From: an uncultured delta proteobacterium
GTDB lineage: Bacteria > Desulfobacterota > Binatia > Binatales > Binataceae
Assembly (NCBI GenBank): GCA_963842085.1
Contig: CAWJET010000001.1
Span: 2,304,001-2,368,000 of the forward strand
DNA length: 64,000 nucleotides
Direction of reading: 5' to 3'
This document shows, piece by piece, positions 39,559-48,813 of this stretch. Each line of letters opens with the position of its first letter. Positions within the stretch are counted from its first letter, which is position 1. The notes under the pieces were generated by a model that was not told the DNA's origin, ran no database searches, and worked only from the letters and a program-made list of their open reading frames with translations. The translations under genes were made by a program, and so were the position numbers.

Positions 39559-39825
39559 CTACTGCGCCTTCAGCCGCGGATCGTTGGCCGGCACGCAAAT
39601 CGAGTACGAATACCGCTTGACGTAAATGTTGGCGCTATCGTTCTTCTCCGCGGCGATAACGATCGCCCGATAGTTTTCGCAGTTCTCCTGCGAGCTGAAG
39701 CTGTCGACCCGTTCCCACTCCGAAATCGGCGTCTCGCGCTGCAATCCCCGCCGCGCACAATCGATCGACGGCGCCATCAGGATCCAACCACTGAAAACAA
39801 CCGCCGCGAAATGCCCGAATCTCAT
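39559..39825 (-). CDS. Small secreted Cys-containing hypothetical protein
   Basis: Hydrophobic N-terminus, WERVDSFSSQENCE...CVPANDPRLK. Confidence 0.65.
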   Translation of the reverse strand: MRFGHFAAVVFSGWILMAPSIDCARRGLQRETPISEWERVDSFSSQENCENYRAIVIAAEKNDSANIYVKRYSYSICVPANDPRLKAQ

Positions 39826-39891
39826 AAGGTCGCTTATCGCGATAATCCCGCCCGCCCGCAAGCAGCGCTGCTCTTCACCTAACGGTTCTAA

Positions 39892-40008
39892 CAGAGACGA
39901 AGTCCCGCATCTTGTTTTTTCACCGGGTGCAGAGCCTGTCCTGAGCGAAGCCGAAGGAGGCCATCCCTGCCCGCGGAAGCGTGAAACCCACGGCGCGTTT
40001 CACATACA
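39892..40008 (-). repeat. Intergenic two-hairpin repeat, copy C, with a nested CCTGTCCTGAGCGAAGCCGAAGG element
   Basis: Reverse-complement match to copies A and B, with about 25 nt inserted in hairpin 2. Confidence 0.82.
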
Positions 40009-40022
40009 ATTACCTTCCTCCG

Positions 40023-41417
40023 ATGTACGCCGCCGACACGATCGTCGCGCCTGCCACCGCGCCGGGAATCGGCGCCGTCGCGATCGTGCGCCTGTCCGGC
40101 CCGCGCGCTTTCGAAATCCTCGACTCGATCTTTTGCTCCGCGCATTCTGCCGAAATGACGCCCAGGATGCTGCGTCTTGGCGACGTTATGGATCCCGCGA
40201 CGGGCGCGCGCATCGATCGCGCGCTTGCCGTCGTGATGCCGCAACCCGCGAGCCTCACCGGCGAGGATGTCGCCGAAATCCAATGCCACGGCGGTCCGTT
40301 CGTTGTCCGCCGCATCATTGCACTCGCGCTCGAAGCGGGTGCGCGCCTTGCCGAGCCGGGCGAATTCACCCGCCGCGCGTTCCTGAACGGGCGCATCGAT
40401 CTCGCCGAGGCCGAGGCGGTTGCCGATATCGTCGCCGCGCGCAGCGACTCCGCACTTGCGATCGCGCTGGAGCAACTCTCAGGCGCACTCTCCGCGCGCG
40501 TCGCCGAGCTTCGCGCCCAGATTGTCGCAATTCGCGCGCATCTCGAGGTCGAAATCGATTTCTCCGACGAAGACATCCGTCTGCCGTCGCGGCGCGAAGT
40601 CGCCGCCGAAATCGAGCGCCTGATCGCCGACGTTGCGGTCCTGCACAACAGTTTTGCGCTCGGCCTCCTGATGCGCGACGGCGTGCGCGCGACCATCGTC
40701 GGCAAGCCCAACGCCGGCAAGTCGAGCCTGATGAATTTGCTGCTGGGCGCCGACCGCGCCATCGTCACGGAGATCGCAGGCACCACCCGCGACGTGGTCG
40801 AAGACTCGGTCCAGCTTGGCCCCTACGCGCTGGTCCTCAACGACACCGCCGGCGTCCGCGACTCGGCCGATGACGTCGAGCGAATCGGAATCGAGCGCAC
40901 ACTACGTTCGGCGCGCGACGCCGACCTGCTGATCGCGATGTTCGATTCGGCGCGCCCACTCGACTCCGCCGATTTCGACGTGATTCGCCTCACGGCCGGC
41001 CGCGCGGGACTCGCTATTCTCAACAAGCGCGATCTGCCTGCCGCAATTGCCACCGCCGATCTCCGCGAACACGGCCTGGACCTGCCGATTCTGCCGTTGT
41101 CCGCAATCAACCTCGACGAAGCAGCCCCGCTGCGCGCCGAGCTGACAAAAGTAATCGCCGCGCTCACGGCGCCATCTCCGTCGGCGCCTTCGTCCAGCAA
41201 TCAAATCGCAATCTCCCGCGAGCGCCATCGCGATGCGCTAGCGATAGCTCTGGGAGCGCTCAAGAACGCCCACGGCGCTGCGCTCTCCCTGATGCCGCCG
41301 GAAATCGTCGCCGTCGACATAATGGCCGCCGCCACCGCACTTGGCTCGATCACCGGCGAAGTCAGCGGCGAGGACATCCTCGACGCCATCTTCCGCGACT
41401 TCTGCATCGGCAAGTGA
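40023..41417 (+). CDS. mnmE: tRNA modification GTPase MnmE
   Basis: DTIVAPAT, TGEDVAEIQCHGG, GKPNAGKSS, GTTRD, DTAG, FCIGK. Confidence 0.97.
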   Translation: MYAADTIVAPATAPGIGAVAIVRLSGPRAFEILDSIFCSAHSAEMTPRMLRLGDVMDPATGARIDRALAVVMPQPASLTGEDVAEIQCHGGPFVVRRIIALALEAGARLAEPGEFTRRAFLNGRIDLAEAEAVADIVAARSDSALAIALEQLSGALSARVAELRAQIVAIRAHLEVEIDFSDEDIRLPSRREVAAEIERLIADVAVLHNSFALGLLMRDGVRATIVGKPNAGKSSLMNLLLGADRAIVTEIAGTTRDVVEDSVQLGPYALVLNDTAGVRDSADDVERIGIERTLRSARDADLLIAMFDSARPLDSADFDVIRLTAGRAGLAILNKRDLPAAIATADLREHGLDLPILPLSAINLDEAAPLRAELTKVIAALTAPSPSAPSSSNQIAISRERHRDALAIALGALKNAHGAALSLMPPEIVAVDIMAAATALGSITGEVSGEDILDAIFRDFCIGK

Positions 41418-41548
41418 CAGGGCGGATCCTGAATGAGTCTGGTCCTGTTCGACCAGGACAGAGGCAGGAGCTACGCGCTTAAATGGAGATCGTGCTATGC
41501 GAAGATGATTGCGCAAGCCGGCATGCGCGCAATCGCGGGAGATCGAAA

Positions 41549-42265
41549 ATGGATTTGGCAGAGCGATTCGTCGATGTGGGAATTTTCACCAACCGGCTGG
41601 ACGAGATGCGCGCGTTCTACGGCGAACGAATCCGCCTGCCCTACGAGGAGCTACTGCCGGTCGGCGGCGGCGTGCGGCAATATCGTTACGGATTGCTCGG
41701 CTCGGTGCTCAAGATAAATCACGCGCGCGATCCTCTGCCGCCCCGAATCGCTGGCGGCTATCGAAAACTTTCGATCTCCGATGCGCGCACTCCGATGCCG
41801 CTTCCGATGCAGGATCCCGACGGCAATGACCTCGAGCTGGTGCCCACCGGCCAGCGTGGAATCAATCAGATCGAAATCCAAATCGGCGTCACCGACGAGG
41901 CCGCCTTCGAGCATTTCTATGGCGATGCGCTTCAGGCTGAGCGGCTTGGCGCCGGCCGCTTCAAGCTTGGCGAGACGATTTTCAGCTTCCACCAGGATCC
42001 CGCGGCCGTGAGCGCGCGGAAGTCGCCGTCAGGCAGCGCGATGGACGCGCTGGCATCGATGCGCGCGATCGGGATGCGCTACATCACGGTGCAGGTGCGC
42101 GACTGCGATGCGGAGCATCGACGCTTTATGTCGATGGGCGTATGGGAGGGCGCGGCGCCGGTCTCGCTGGGTGCGGTCGCGCGGATTTCGTTCATTCGCG
42201 ATCCCGACGGCAACTTCATTGAGATTTCGCAGCGGGCGTCGTTGACCGGTCCGCTCCCGGCTTGA
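41549..42265 (+). CDS. VOC/glyoxalase family protein
   Basis: Two DPDGNxxE motifs. Confidence 0.82.
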   Translation: MDLAERFVDVGIFTNRLDEMRAFYGERIRLPYEELLPVGGGVRQYRYGLLGSVLKINHARDPLPPRIAGGYRKLSISDARTPMPLPMQDPDGNDLELVPTGQRGINQIEIQIGVTDEAAFEHFYGDALQAERLGAGRFKLGETIFSFHQDPAAVSARKSPSGSAMDALASMRAIGMRYITVQVRDCDAEHRRFMSMGVWEGAAPVSLGAVARISFIRDPDGNFIEISQRASLTGPLPA

Positions 42266-43964
42266 CCGGCGGCACGGCGGATGCGGCCGGGGGTTGGGAA
42301 GCGAGCAGCGCAAGGACTATCGGCACCAGGTCGAGTTGTGATGGTTCGGCGCCTCCAATCTGCTCGACGATCTGCTTGAGCTTGGCGCCGGGATAGTCTT
42401 TGCGTGCGACGATCAGCGGTATGTGACTGTCCTGCAGCGACGCGCTGCCATGCCACGAGTGGTAGGGGGCCGAGAAGTAGTAGCGGTCCTGGATAGGCCG
42501 CTTCAATCCTGACCTCGATAGCAGCAGGATGTCGCCGGCGCGATTACCATACGGCCCCGCGCTCAGCCATCGCATCCGCCGATTGAGCTGGACCAGATCG
42601 GGCCGCGGATGCGTCAGCAGATATTCCCAAATCGGCACCAGCCCATGGCCGTCGAAGATTTCGTACTCGTTCGTATTTTTTCCCGGCGGAGTCGGAACGC
42701 GCGCGAATACCAGGTCGAGCGTGTCCTTCATCGACGGCACCGGCCTCCCGTTCTTGTTCGAGTAGTAAAACGCGCGCGCAGCCGGCAGCACGTCCTCCTT
42801 GTAGCGCGGTGGACGCTTCCAATCGCAAGTCATGCCGGGATTGGGACAGGTCGAGCGGTCGGCCAGGTACACGTAAGCGATCGCACCCTGGTACGCGAAG
42901 GCGGATTGGTAGTCCTGTTCGTTCTTGCCGGGATTCAGGACAAGTTTTCGCGGCCGGAATCCGGCTGCTTTGACGACTGCTTCGGGGGCGCCGCTGTCGT
43001 CGGCGCCAAGCGCGTGCCGCGGGTCCTTCAGCACGGGAGTATGCCCATGATCGGCAATCACCACGATGTAGGTCTGATCGAGAATGCCGTATCCGCGGTA
43101 GGCGTCGAGAATTTTTGCAACGAGCGGATCGGTCACATTCTCGAGATAGTCGGTCTCCATCGGCAACGGATCGGGCGCCAGATGCGTGTACAAATCGATT
43201 CCCGGGAAATACACGACCTGAATATTCGGAACGCCGTGAGTCTTCATCGAGTCGAGCAGCTTCGGCACCGAGTCCTCATCCATCTGCTGGTAGATGTCGC
43301 GCTTGCCGGACGAATTCAGGTCCTTGCCGGCGACGAACTCCGTGAACAGCGTGACCATATCGGTGGGATCGATGATCGTGAAGTAATCGGCACCGCGATA
43401 AACCATGTTCATCGAGACGGCCGATCTCACGCCCGCCTGCTGAAAGAGGGTCGGGACCTTGAGCTGCCTGCCGACCAGGTTGTCGGTGATCATCGCGCGG
43501 TTGTCGTCCATCTCTTCGACCGAGACCGGCACTGGCGCGTAGAATTTCATATCCTCGCGCACGAACCATTCGTTGCCTGTCACTCCGTTGCGCGCCGGCG
43601 GCGCACCGGTGAAAATTGCCGACCACGCGGCGACTGTCGTCGAGGGCAGGATGCTGACGGCGTTGGGCACGGAGTAGGCGTGTTCGTGCAATCCGCCGCC
43701 CTCGTCCTTGCCGAGCATCTCGGCCATCGCGGGCGCCTTGCCCGAGTTAATCGCGGCCATCAACTGATCGTAACCGGCGCCGTCAAAGGCGAAGATCAAT
43801 ACGTAGGGACCCGGCTCGACTGGCCGAGGCTCGCGTTTGACCTGCTTCTCGCCGCCGTTGAGGAAGAGTCTGACCGAGCTGCAAGACATCAGCGTCACAA
43901 GGGCGACGCAGGTCGAAAGCAGCGCGCAGCGGATGAAGATTGAGACCGGTCGATGCTTCAGCAT
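42216..43964 (-). CDS. Alkaline phosphatase superfamily nucleotide pyrophosphatase/phosphodiesterase, probable lipoprotein
   Basis: FAFDG, PSTT, DLYTH, ADHGH, SWHG; lipobox-like LMSC. Confidence 0.85.
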   Translation of the reverse strand: MLKHRPVSIFIRCALLSTCVALVTLMSCSSVRLFLNGGEKQVKREPRPVEPGPYVLIFAFDGAGYDQLMAAINSGKAPAMAEMLGKDEGGGLHEHAYSVPNAVSILPSTTVAAWSAIFTGAPPARNGVTGNEWFVREDMKFYAPVPVSVEEMDDNRAMITDNLVGRQLKVPTLFQQAGVRSAVSMNMVYRGADYFTIIDPTDMVTLFTEFVAGKDLNSSGKRDIYQQMDEDSVPKLLDSMKTHGVPNIQVVYFPGIDLYTHLAPDPLPMETDYLENVTDPLVAKILDAYRGYGILDQTYIVVIADHGHTPVLKDPRHALGADDSGAPEAVVKAAGFRPRKLVLNPGKNEQDYQSAFAYQGAIAYVYLADRSTCPNPGMTCDWKRPPRYKEDVLPAARAFYYSNKNGRPVPSMKDTLDLVFARVPTPPGKNTNEYEIFDGHGLVPIWEYLLTHPRPDLVQLNRRMRWLSAGPYGNRAGDILLLSRSGLKRPIQDRYYFSAPYHSWHGSASLQDSHIPLIVARKDYPGAKLKQIVEQIGGAEPSQLDLVPIVLALLASQPPAASAVPPVKPGADRSTTPAAKSQ

Positions 43965-44142
43965 CAAACCCTTCTAACTCAATGCGACTCGCGAAAGACA
44001 GAGGCGCGCATCACGGCAGACACTTTCGTACTGGCGCGGGATGAAGCGGCAGGTAGATTCAGCGAGCAAACCGTAGATCCACCGCGCCGATCGTAGTTGC
44101 GATCGGCACGGCAGCAGGACTCACTGGGCGAAGTTGCGGCGG

Positions 44143-45360
44143 TTACGCCCAGCGCGAGCGCGGGCGGTTGCGCGTCGAACGATTGCGCGCGCCCGACGAG
44201 CGGAACACGGTCACGGGCTTCGGCGCGTGAATTTCGATTTTCTCGAAACCCTCGACGTGCTCGCGATCGAGCGAGTTGCCGAGCGTGCGTTCCAGCCGCG
44301 CCAGATTGACGCGTTCCTCCTGCGTGACCAGGCTGATCGCTTCGCCCGCCTTGCCCATCCGTGCCGTGCGGCCGATGCGATGGATGTAGCCCTCGGTCTC
44401 GTCGGGCAGATCGAAATTGATCACGTGCGAAACGTCGGGGATGTCGAGTCCGCGGGCGGCCACGTCGGTCGCAACCATCACGCGAAACTTGTGCGCGCGG
44501 AAGCCCGCCAACGCCGCATTACGCTGGCTCTGGGAGCGGTCGCCGTGGATCTGCACCGCCTTGAGGTTGGCCCGTTGCAGCATCCTGGCAACCCGGTCAG
44601 CGCGGCTCTTGGTGCGCGTGAAGACGATCGCGCTCTCAACTTCGGGCCTTTTCAGAATCTCGAGCAGCACGGGCCCCTTGTTTTCGAGCGTGACCGGATA
44701 GATCGACTGGCGAATCTGCGACGGCGGTGCGGCCTTGCTGCCGCCGACCGTGACGCGCTCGGGGTTAGTCAGAAATTCGCGCGCGATCATTTCGGGACCG
44801 GACGCCATCGTCGCCGAGAACATCATGGTCTGGCGATGCTTCGGCACCATCCGCATGATGCGGCGCAGTTGCGGCAGGAAGCCCATGTCGAGCAGCCGGT
44901 CGGCCTCGTCGATAATCACGACTTCAACCTTGTCGAGCTTGACGATGCCGCGCTCGATGAAGTCGATGAGCCTGCCGGGACACGCGACGAGCACCTGCGC
45001 GCCCTTGCGAATCTGTTCGATCTGGTGCCGCTCGGATTCGCCGCCCACGACGGTCGCGCAGCGGATGTGGGTGTGGCGTGCGATAAGATCGAACTCGCGC
45101 GCTGCCTGCGCCGCCAGCTCGCGCGTCGGCATGATCACCAGCGCAGCAAGGTGCCGCGTGTGCTTGCGATGCAGGCGGTCGATGGTCGGGATCAGAAAGG
45201 CCGCGGTCTTGCCGCTGCCGGTTTCAGCCGTGGCCACCACGTCGCGCCCGCTGAGCGCAACCGGGATAGCTCCGGCCTGGACCGGGGTCGCTGTGTGATG
45301 ACCGCGGTCTTTGATTGAACGATGGATCTCGGGTGATACGGGAAATTCAGAAAACGACAA
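44143..45360 (-). CDS. DEAD-box RNA helicase (RhlE-like)
   Basis: AETGSGKT, PTRELA, DEAD, SAT, ARGLD, HRIGRTAR. Confidence 0.95.
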   Translation of the reverse strand: MSFSEFPVSPEIHRSIKDRGHHTATPVQAGAIPVALSGRDVVATAETGSGKTAAFLIPTIDRLHRKHTRHLAALVIMPTRELAAQAAREFDLIARHTHIRCATVVGGESERHQIEQIRKGAQVLVACPGRLIDFIERGIVKLDKVEVVIIDEADRLLDMGFLPQLRRIMRMVPKHRQTMMFSATMASGPEMIAREFLTNPERVTVGGSKAAPPSQIRQSIYPVTLENKGPVLLEILKRPEVESAIVFTRTKSRADRVARMLQRANLKAVQIHGDRSQSQRNAALAGFRAHKFRVMVATDVAARGLDIPDVSHVINFDLPDETEGYIHRIGRTARMGKAGEAISLVTQEERVNLARLERTLGNSLDREHVEGFEKIEIHAPKPVTVFRSSGARNRSTRNRPRSRWA

Positions 45361-45520
45361 ACAGTATCCTATGGTTCAGAGCCCCGGATTCCAGTTCAGA
45401 GAAAAATGCCGAACTTGTGGGTCTGATGGGTTGAGAGGGTGGCGTCACGGAATCCGACGCGCGCATAAAGTCACGATTGACTTGGCCCTAAGCGTACAGG
45501 AAGCATCGCAGCGATACAAT

Positions 45521-45700
45521 GGGCAGGGGTGACCCCTGCACCCAGTATTAAGAAGAGGTGCGGGACTTCGTCTCTGGTAGGAAGTGCTTTTGTGTCATTC
45601 CAGAGCGAAGCGAAGAATCCCGGCTCCTTTTCTTAATTCCAAGGTGCAGGGTTTAATCCTGCCCAAGGAAGTGAAACCCACGGCGGGTTTCACATTAAAT
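45521..45700. repeat. Composite element: repeat copy D (+) and copy E (-) flanking a TGTCATTCCAGAGCGAAGCGAAGAATC REP-like unit
   Basis: 45521-45577 gggcaggggtgacccctgcaccc..ttaagaa..gcgggacttcgtctctg; 45629-45700 reverse copy containing GTGAAACCC..GGGTTTCAC. Confidence 0.82.
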
Positions 45701-45713
45701 AAAGTTCCTCTTC

Positions 45714-46478
45714 CTAAAACTTCCCGTGCCTCCCCACTCCCGACGCGAAGCGCTCGGCGCCGGCGCGCGTCTCGCCTGAATTGACCGTTGCGATGCCGTA
45801 GCGATATTCGTTCTTGAGCGCGTCGGCGAGCGGTAGCGTCCACGCCTCGTACGCGGACATCCGATCCCCGCGCATGCATCGCTGTGGGAAACTTGCGATC
45901 TGTTTGGCGAGCTCGCGCGCATGCGCCAGCGCCGTGCCCGGCTCGACGACGCGATTCGCCAGGCCCATCGTGAACGCCTCTTCGCCAGAGACGCCGCGCC
46001 CGGTCAGGATCATGTCCATCGCGCGGCTCATCCCGATCAAGCGCGGCAGCCGGATCGTGCCTCCATCGCAGAGCGGCACACCGAAGCGGCGGCAATACAC
46101 GCCGAAGGTCGCGTCTCGCGCAGCCACGCGCAGGTCGCACCACAGCGCCAACTCGATTCCACCCGCTACTGCGAAGCCCTCGACCGCGGCGATCACCGGC
46201 TTGCCGAGAATCATCCGCGTGCATCCGAGCGGCCCGTCGCCATTCTCGGTCACGCGATTGCCGCGACTTGTCGCGACCGCCTTCAGGTCAGCGCCTGCGC
46301 AAAACGTCCTGCCTGTGCCGGTCAGGATCGCGACCGCGAGCGCGTCGTCAGCGTCGAAGCGGCGGAACGCGTCGGCCAGCGCCGCGGCGGTGGGCTGATC
46401 GACCGCGTTGCGCGCCTCGGGCCGGTTGATTGTTACGATTGCGATTTCGTTCTCGACTGCGAACTCGACCAGGCTCAT
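45714..46478 (-). CDS. Enoyl-CoA hydratase/crotonase
   Basis: INRPEARNA, FCAGADL, AVAGGIELAL. Confidence 0.93.
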   Translation of the reverse strand: MSLVEFAVENEIAIVTINRPEARNAVDQPTAAALADAFRRFDADDALAVAILTGTGRTFCAGADLKAVATSRGNRVTENGDGPLGCTRMILGKPVIAAVEGFAVAGGIELALWCDLRVAARDATFGVYCRRFGVPLCDGGTIRLPRLIGMSRAMDMILTGRGVSGEEAFTMGLANRVVEPGTALAHARELAKQIASFPQRCMRGDRMSAYEAWTLPLADALKNEYRYGIATVNSGETRAGAERFASGVGRHGKF

Positions 46479-46515
46479 CGAATGCCTCCCGCGCTGACCT
46501 GCGAATGCCAGGAAT

Positions 46516-47073
46516 TTACCTTTTCAACATTTTGCTTGTCGAGTAATGAAGACGCACGACGCCCGAGTCCAGAGAGCGATGACTCTCGAAGCCGCTGTGC
46601 GCGAACACCTCCAGCATCTGGCGGTTCTCGCCGAGCACGTCGGCCTCGAACTCCGTGACTCCGTTTGCATCGGCGATGAGGCCCAGATGTTCGAGCAGCA
46701 GCGTGCCGATGCCGCGGCCCTGGAACCCGTCGAGAATTGCGAACGCTACCTCGGCGCGATGCGGAGCGGCGCCGCAAATGTAGCGGCCGACGCCGATAAA
46801 GCGTTCGCGCCCGTTCTCGGTCAGCGTCGCGGCGAGGCCGACGTGACTCTTGAAGTCGAGCTCGGTCAGGCGCTTCAGATCTTGCGGCGACAGATCGCGC
46901 CTTATCCCCATGAAACGAAAATACACGGACTTCTCGCTGAGGCCCCTGAAATGCTCGTGCAGACGCTCCTGGTCGTCAGGGCGAATCGCGCGGATTCGTA
47001 TCGCGGTGCCGTCGAGCATCGTGGCATCGACGCAATAATTCCGCGCATCGCTGAGCATGTCGTCGTTCCCCAT
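46516..47073 (-). CDS. GNAT family N-acetyltransferase (stand-alone Pat-type GNAT domain)
   Basis: DGTAIRIRAIRPDD, YFRF, AEVAF, FQGRGIG, ENRQML. Confidence 0.87.
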   Translation of the reverse strand: MGNDDMLSDARNYCVDATMLDGTAIRIRAIRPDDQERLHEHFRGLSEKSVYFRFMGIRRDLSPQDLKRLTELDFKSHVGLAATLTENGRERFIGVGRYICGAAPHRAEVAFAILDGFQGRGIGTLLLEHLGLIADANGVTEFEADVLGENRQMLEVFAHSGFESHRSLDSGVVRLHYSTSKMLKR

Positions 47074-47149
47074 ATCGGCAGTCGAGTATAGCGGCGATTC
47101 CGCTTGGAATCTCGCGCGCATTTCGCTAAGGCGATCGGAGCGGCGCACG

Positions 47150-48319
47150 ATGAGCGAATTTACAATCAAGGACAAGGTCGCGATCGCCGGGCTCGGCGAG
47201 ACCAGGTACTACAAGCGCGGCGCCGCGCCGGTCAGCGAATTCCGGCTGGCGCTCGAAGCGATTCAGCGCGCCGCCGACGACGCCGGGCTGCCCGTGACCG
47301 CGATCGACGGCATCGCGTCCTACAGCAATGATCGCAACGACTCGGTCCGCGTCGCGACCGCGCTGGGACTGCCGGAGCTGCGCTTCACCAACATGTTCTG
47401 GGGCGGCGGCGGCGGGGGCGGCTCGGGCGCGATCGGCAACGCCGCGGCCGCGATCGTCGCCGGCTTCGCAACGTGCGTCGTCGTGTATCGAGCGCTGGCG
47501 CAAGGCCAGTTCGGCCGGTTCGGCGCGACGCCGGCGGTGCGCACGATTTCGGGTCCTCCCGCCTATACCTGGCCGTACGGGATGTCCACGCCGGCGCAAT
47601 GGATCGCGCTGCGCACGCGCCGCTTCATGCACGATCACCACGTCACGCAGGACGCGCTCGCGGCGATCGCGATGGCCTGCTATCACCATGCGCAGTTCAA
47701 CCCGCGCGCGATCATGTACGGCCGCCCGCTGACGCGCCAGGCCTACGACGAGTCGCGATGGATCGTCGAGCCGTTTCATCTTTATGACTGCTGCCTCGAG
47801 AACGACGGCGCCGCCGCCGTGATTCTCACCAGCGCCGAGCGTGCGCGCGACCTCAAGCAGAAGCCCGCGTACGTCATGGCCTCGGCGCAGGGCTCCGACT
47901 ATCGCCAGGGCGCCGCGGCGGAGAATGGTCCCGACTACGCGACCTCGAACTTCAAGACGCTCGCGCCGCGCCTGTACGCGATGGCGGGAATCGAGCCCAA
48001 GGACGTCGACGTCGCGCAGGTGTACGAGAATTTCACCGGCGCCGTCATGACCAGCATCGTCGAGCACGGGTTCTGCCATCCCGACGAAGTTATGGACTTC
48101 TGCACGTTCGAAAATCTGACCGCGCCCAACGGCAAGCTGCCGCTCAACACGAGCGGCGGAAATCTTGCCGAGTGTTACATGCACGGGCTCGAACTGATTA
48201 TCGAGGCCGCGCGCCAGGTGCGCGGCACTTCGACCTGCCAGGTGAAGGACGCCGAGATTTCGATGGTTGTGTCGGGACCGATGGTTGCGCCGGTCAGCGA
48301 TCTGATCCTGCACGGGTAA
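47150..48319 (+). CDS. SCP2-type thiolase-like protein (Ltp2-like aldolase)
   Basis: AIAGLGET, DCCLENDG, YENFT, NTSGGNLAECYMHG; no nucleophilic Cys (WGGGGGGSG). Confidence 0.85.
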   Translation: MSEFTIKDKVAIAGLGETRYYKRGAAPVSEFRLALEAIQRAADDAGLPVTAIDGIASYSNDRNDSVRVATALGLPELRFTNMFWGGGGGGGSGAIGNAAAAIVAGFATCVVVYRALAQGQFGRFGATPAVRTISGPPAYTWPYGMSTPAQWIALRTRRFMHDHHVTQDALAAIAMACYHHAQFNPRAIMYGRPLTRQAYDESRWIVEPFHLYDCCLENDGAAAVILTSAERARDLKQKPAYVMASAQGSDYRQGAAAENGPDYATSNFKTLAPRLYAMAGIEPKDVDVAQVYENFTGAVMTSIVEHGFCHPDEVMDFCTFENLTAPNGKLPLNTSGGNLAECYMHGLELIIEAARQVRGTSTCQVKDAEISMVVSGPMVAPVSDLILHG

Positions 48320-48324
48320 GCGTG

Positions 48325-48777
48325 ATGGCGGACAATGAAAAATCGAAAACGTACCTGCCCGCCGAAATGCCTGTGCCCGAGGCAATGCGCGACGGACTGG
48401 ATCGCGAATTCTGGGAAGCGGCGCGGCGTCACGAGCTGGTCGTACAGAAGTGCAATTCGTGCGGCACGTTTCAGTTCGGCCCCGAATGGATTTGTCACAA
48501 GTGCCACACGCTCGACGTCGGATGGCATCGCGTGTCGGGCCGCGGCCGCGTCTACAGCTGGGAGCGCGTATGGCATCCCGCGCATCCCGCGCTCAAGTCT
48601 GCGTGCCCCTACATCGTAGTGGTGGTGGAACTGCCCGACGCCGGTAACGTGAGGATGGTCGGCAACCTGCTAGGCGACCCGCTGCGCGAAGTGCCCTTCG
48701 ACGCGGATGTCGAAGCCGTCTTCGAAGATCACCCCGAAGGCTTCACGCTGATTCAGTGGAAGTTAGCGAATCGCTGA
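48325..48777 (+). CDS. DUF35 zinc-ribbon/OB-fold protein
   Basis: FWEAA...QKCNSCG...CHKC...SGRGRVYSW; partner of the thiolase-like gene. Confidence 0.88.
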   Translation: MADNEKSKTYLPAEMPVPEAMRDGLDREFWEAARRHELVVQKCNSCGTFQFGPEWICHKCHTLDVGWHRVSGRGRVYSWERVWHPAHPALKSACPYIVVVVELPDAGNVRMVGNLLGDPLREVPFDADVEAVFEDHPEGFTLIQWKLANR

Positions 48778-48813
48778 AGTTCGGAGCTCGCATCGAAACG
48801 ACACTGCGCTGAT

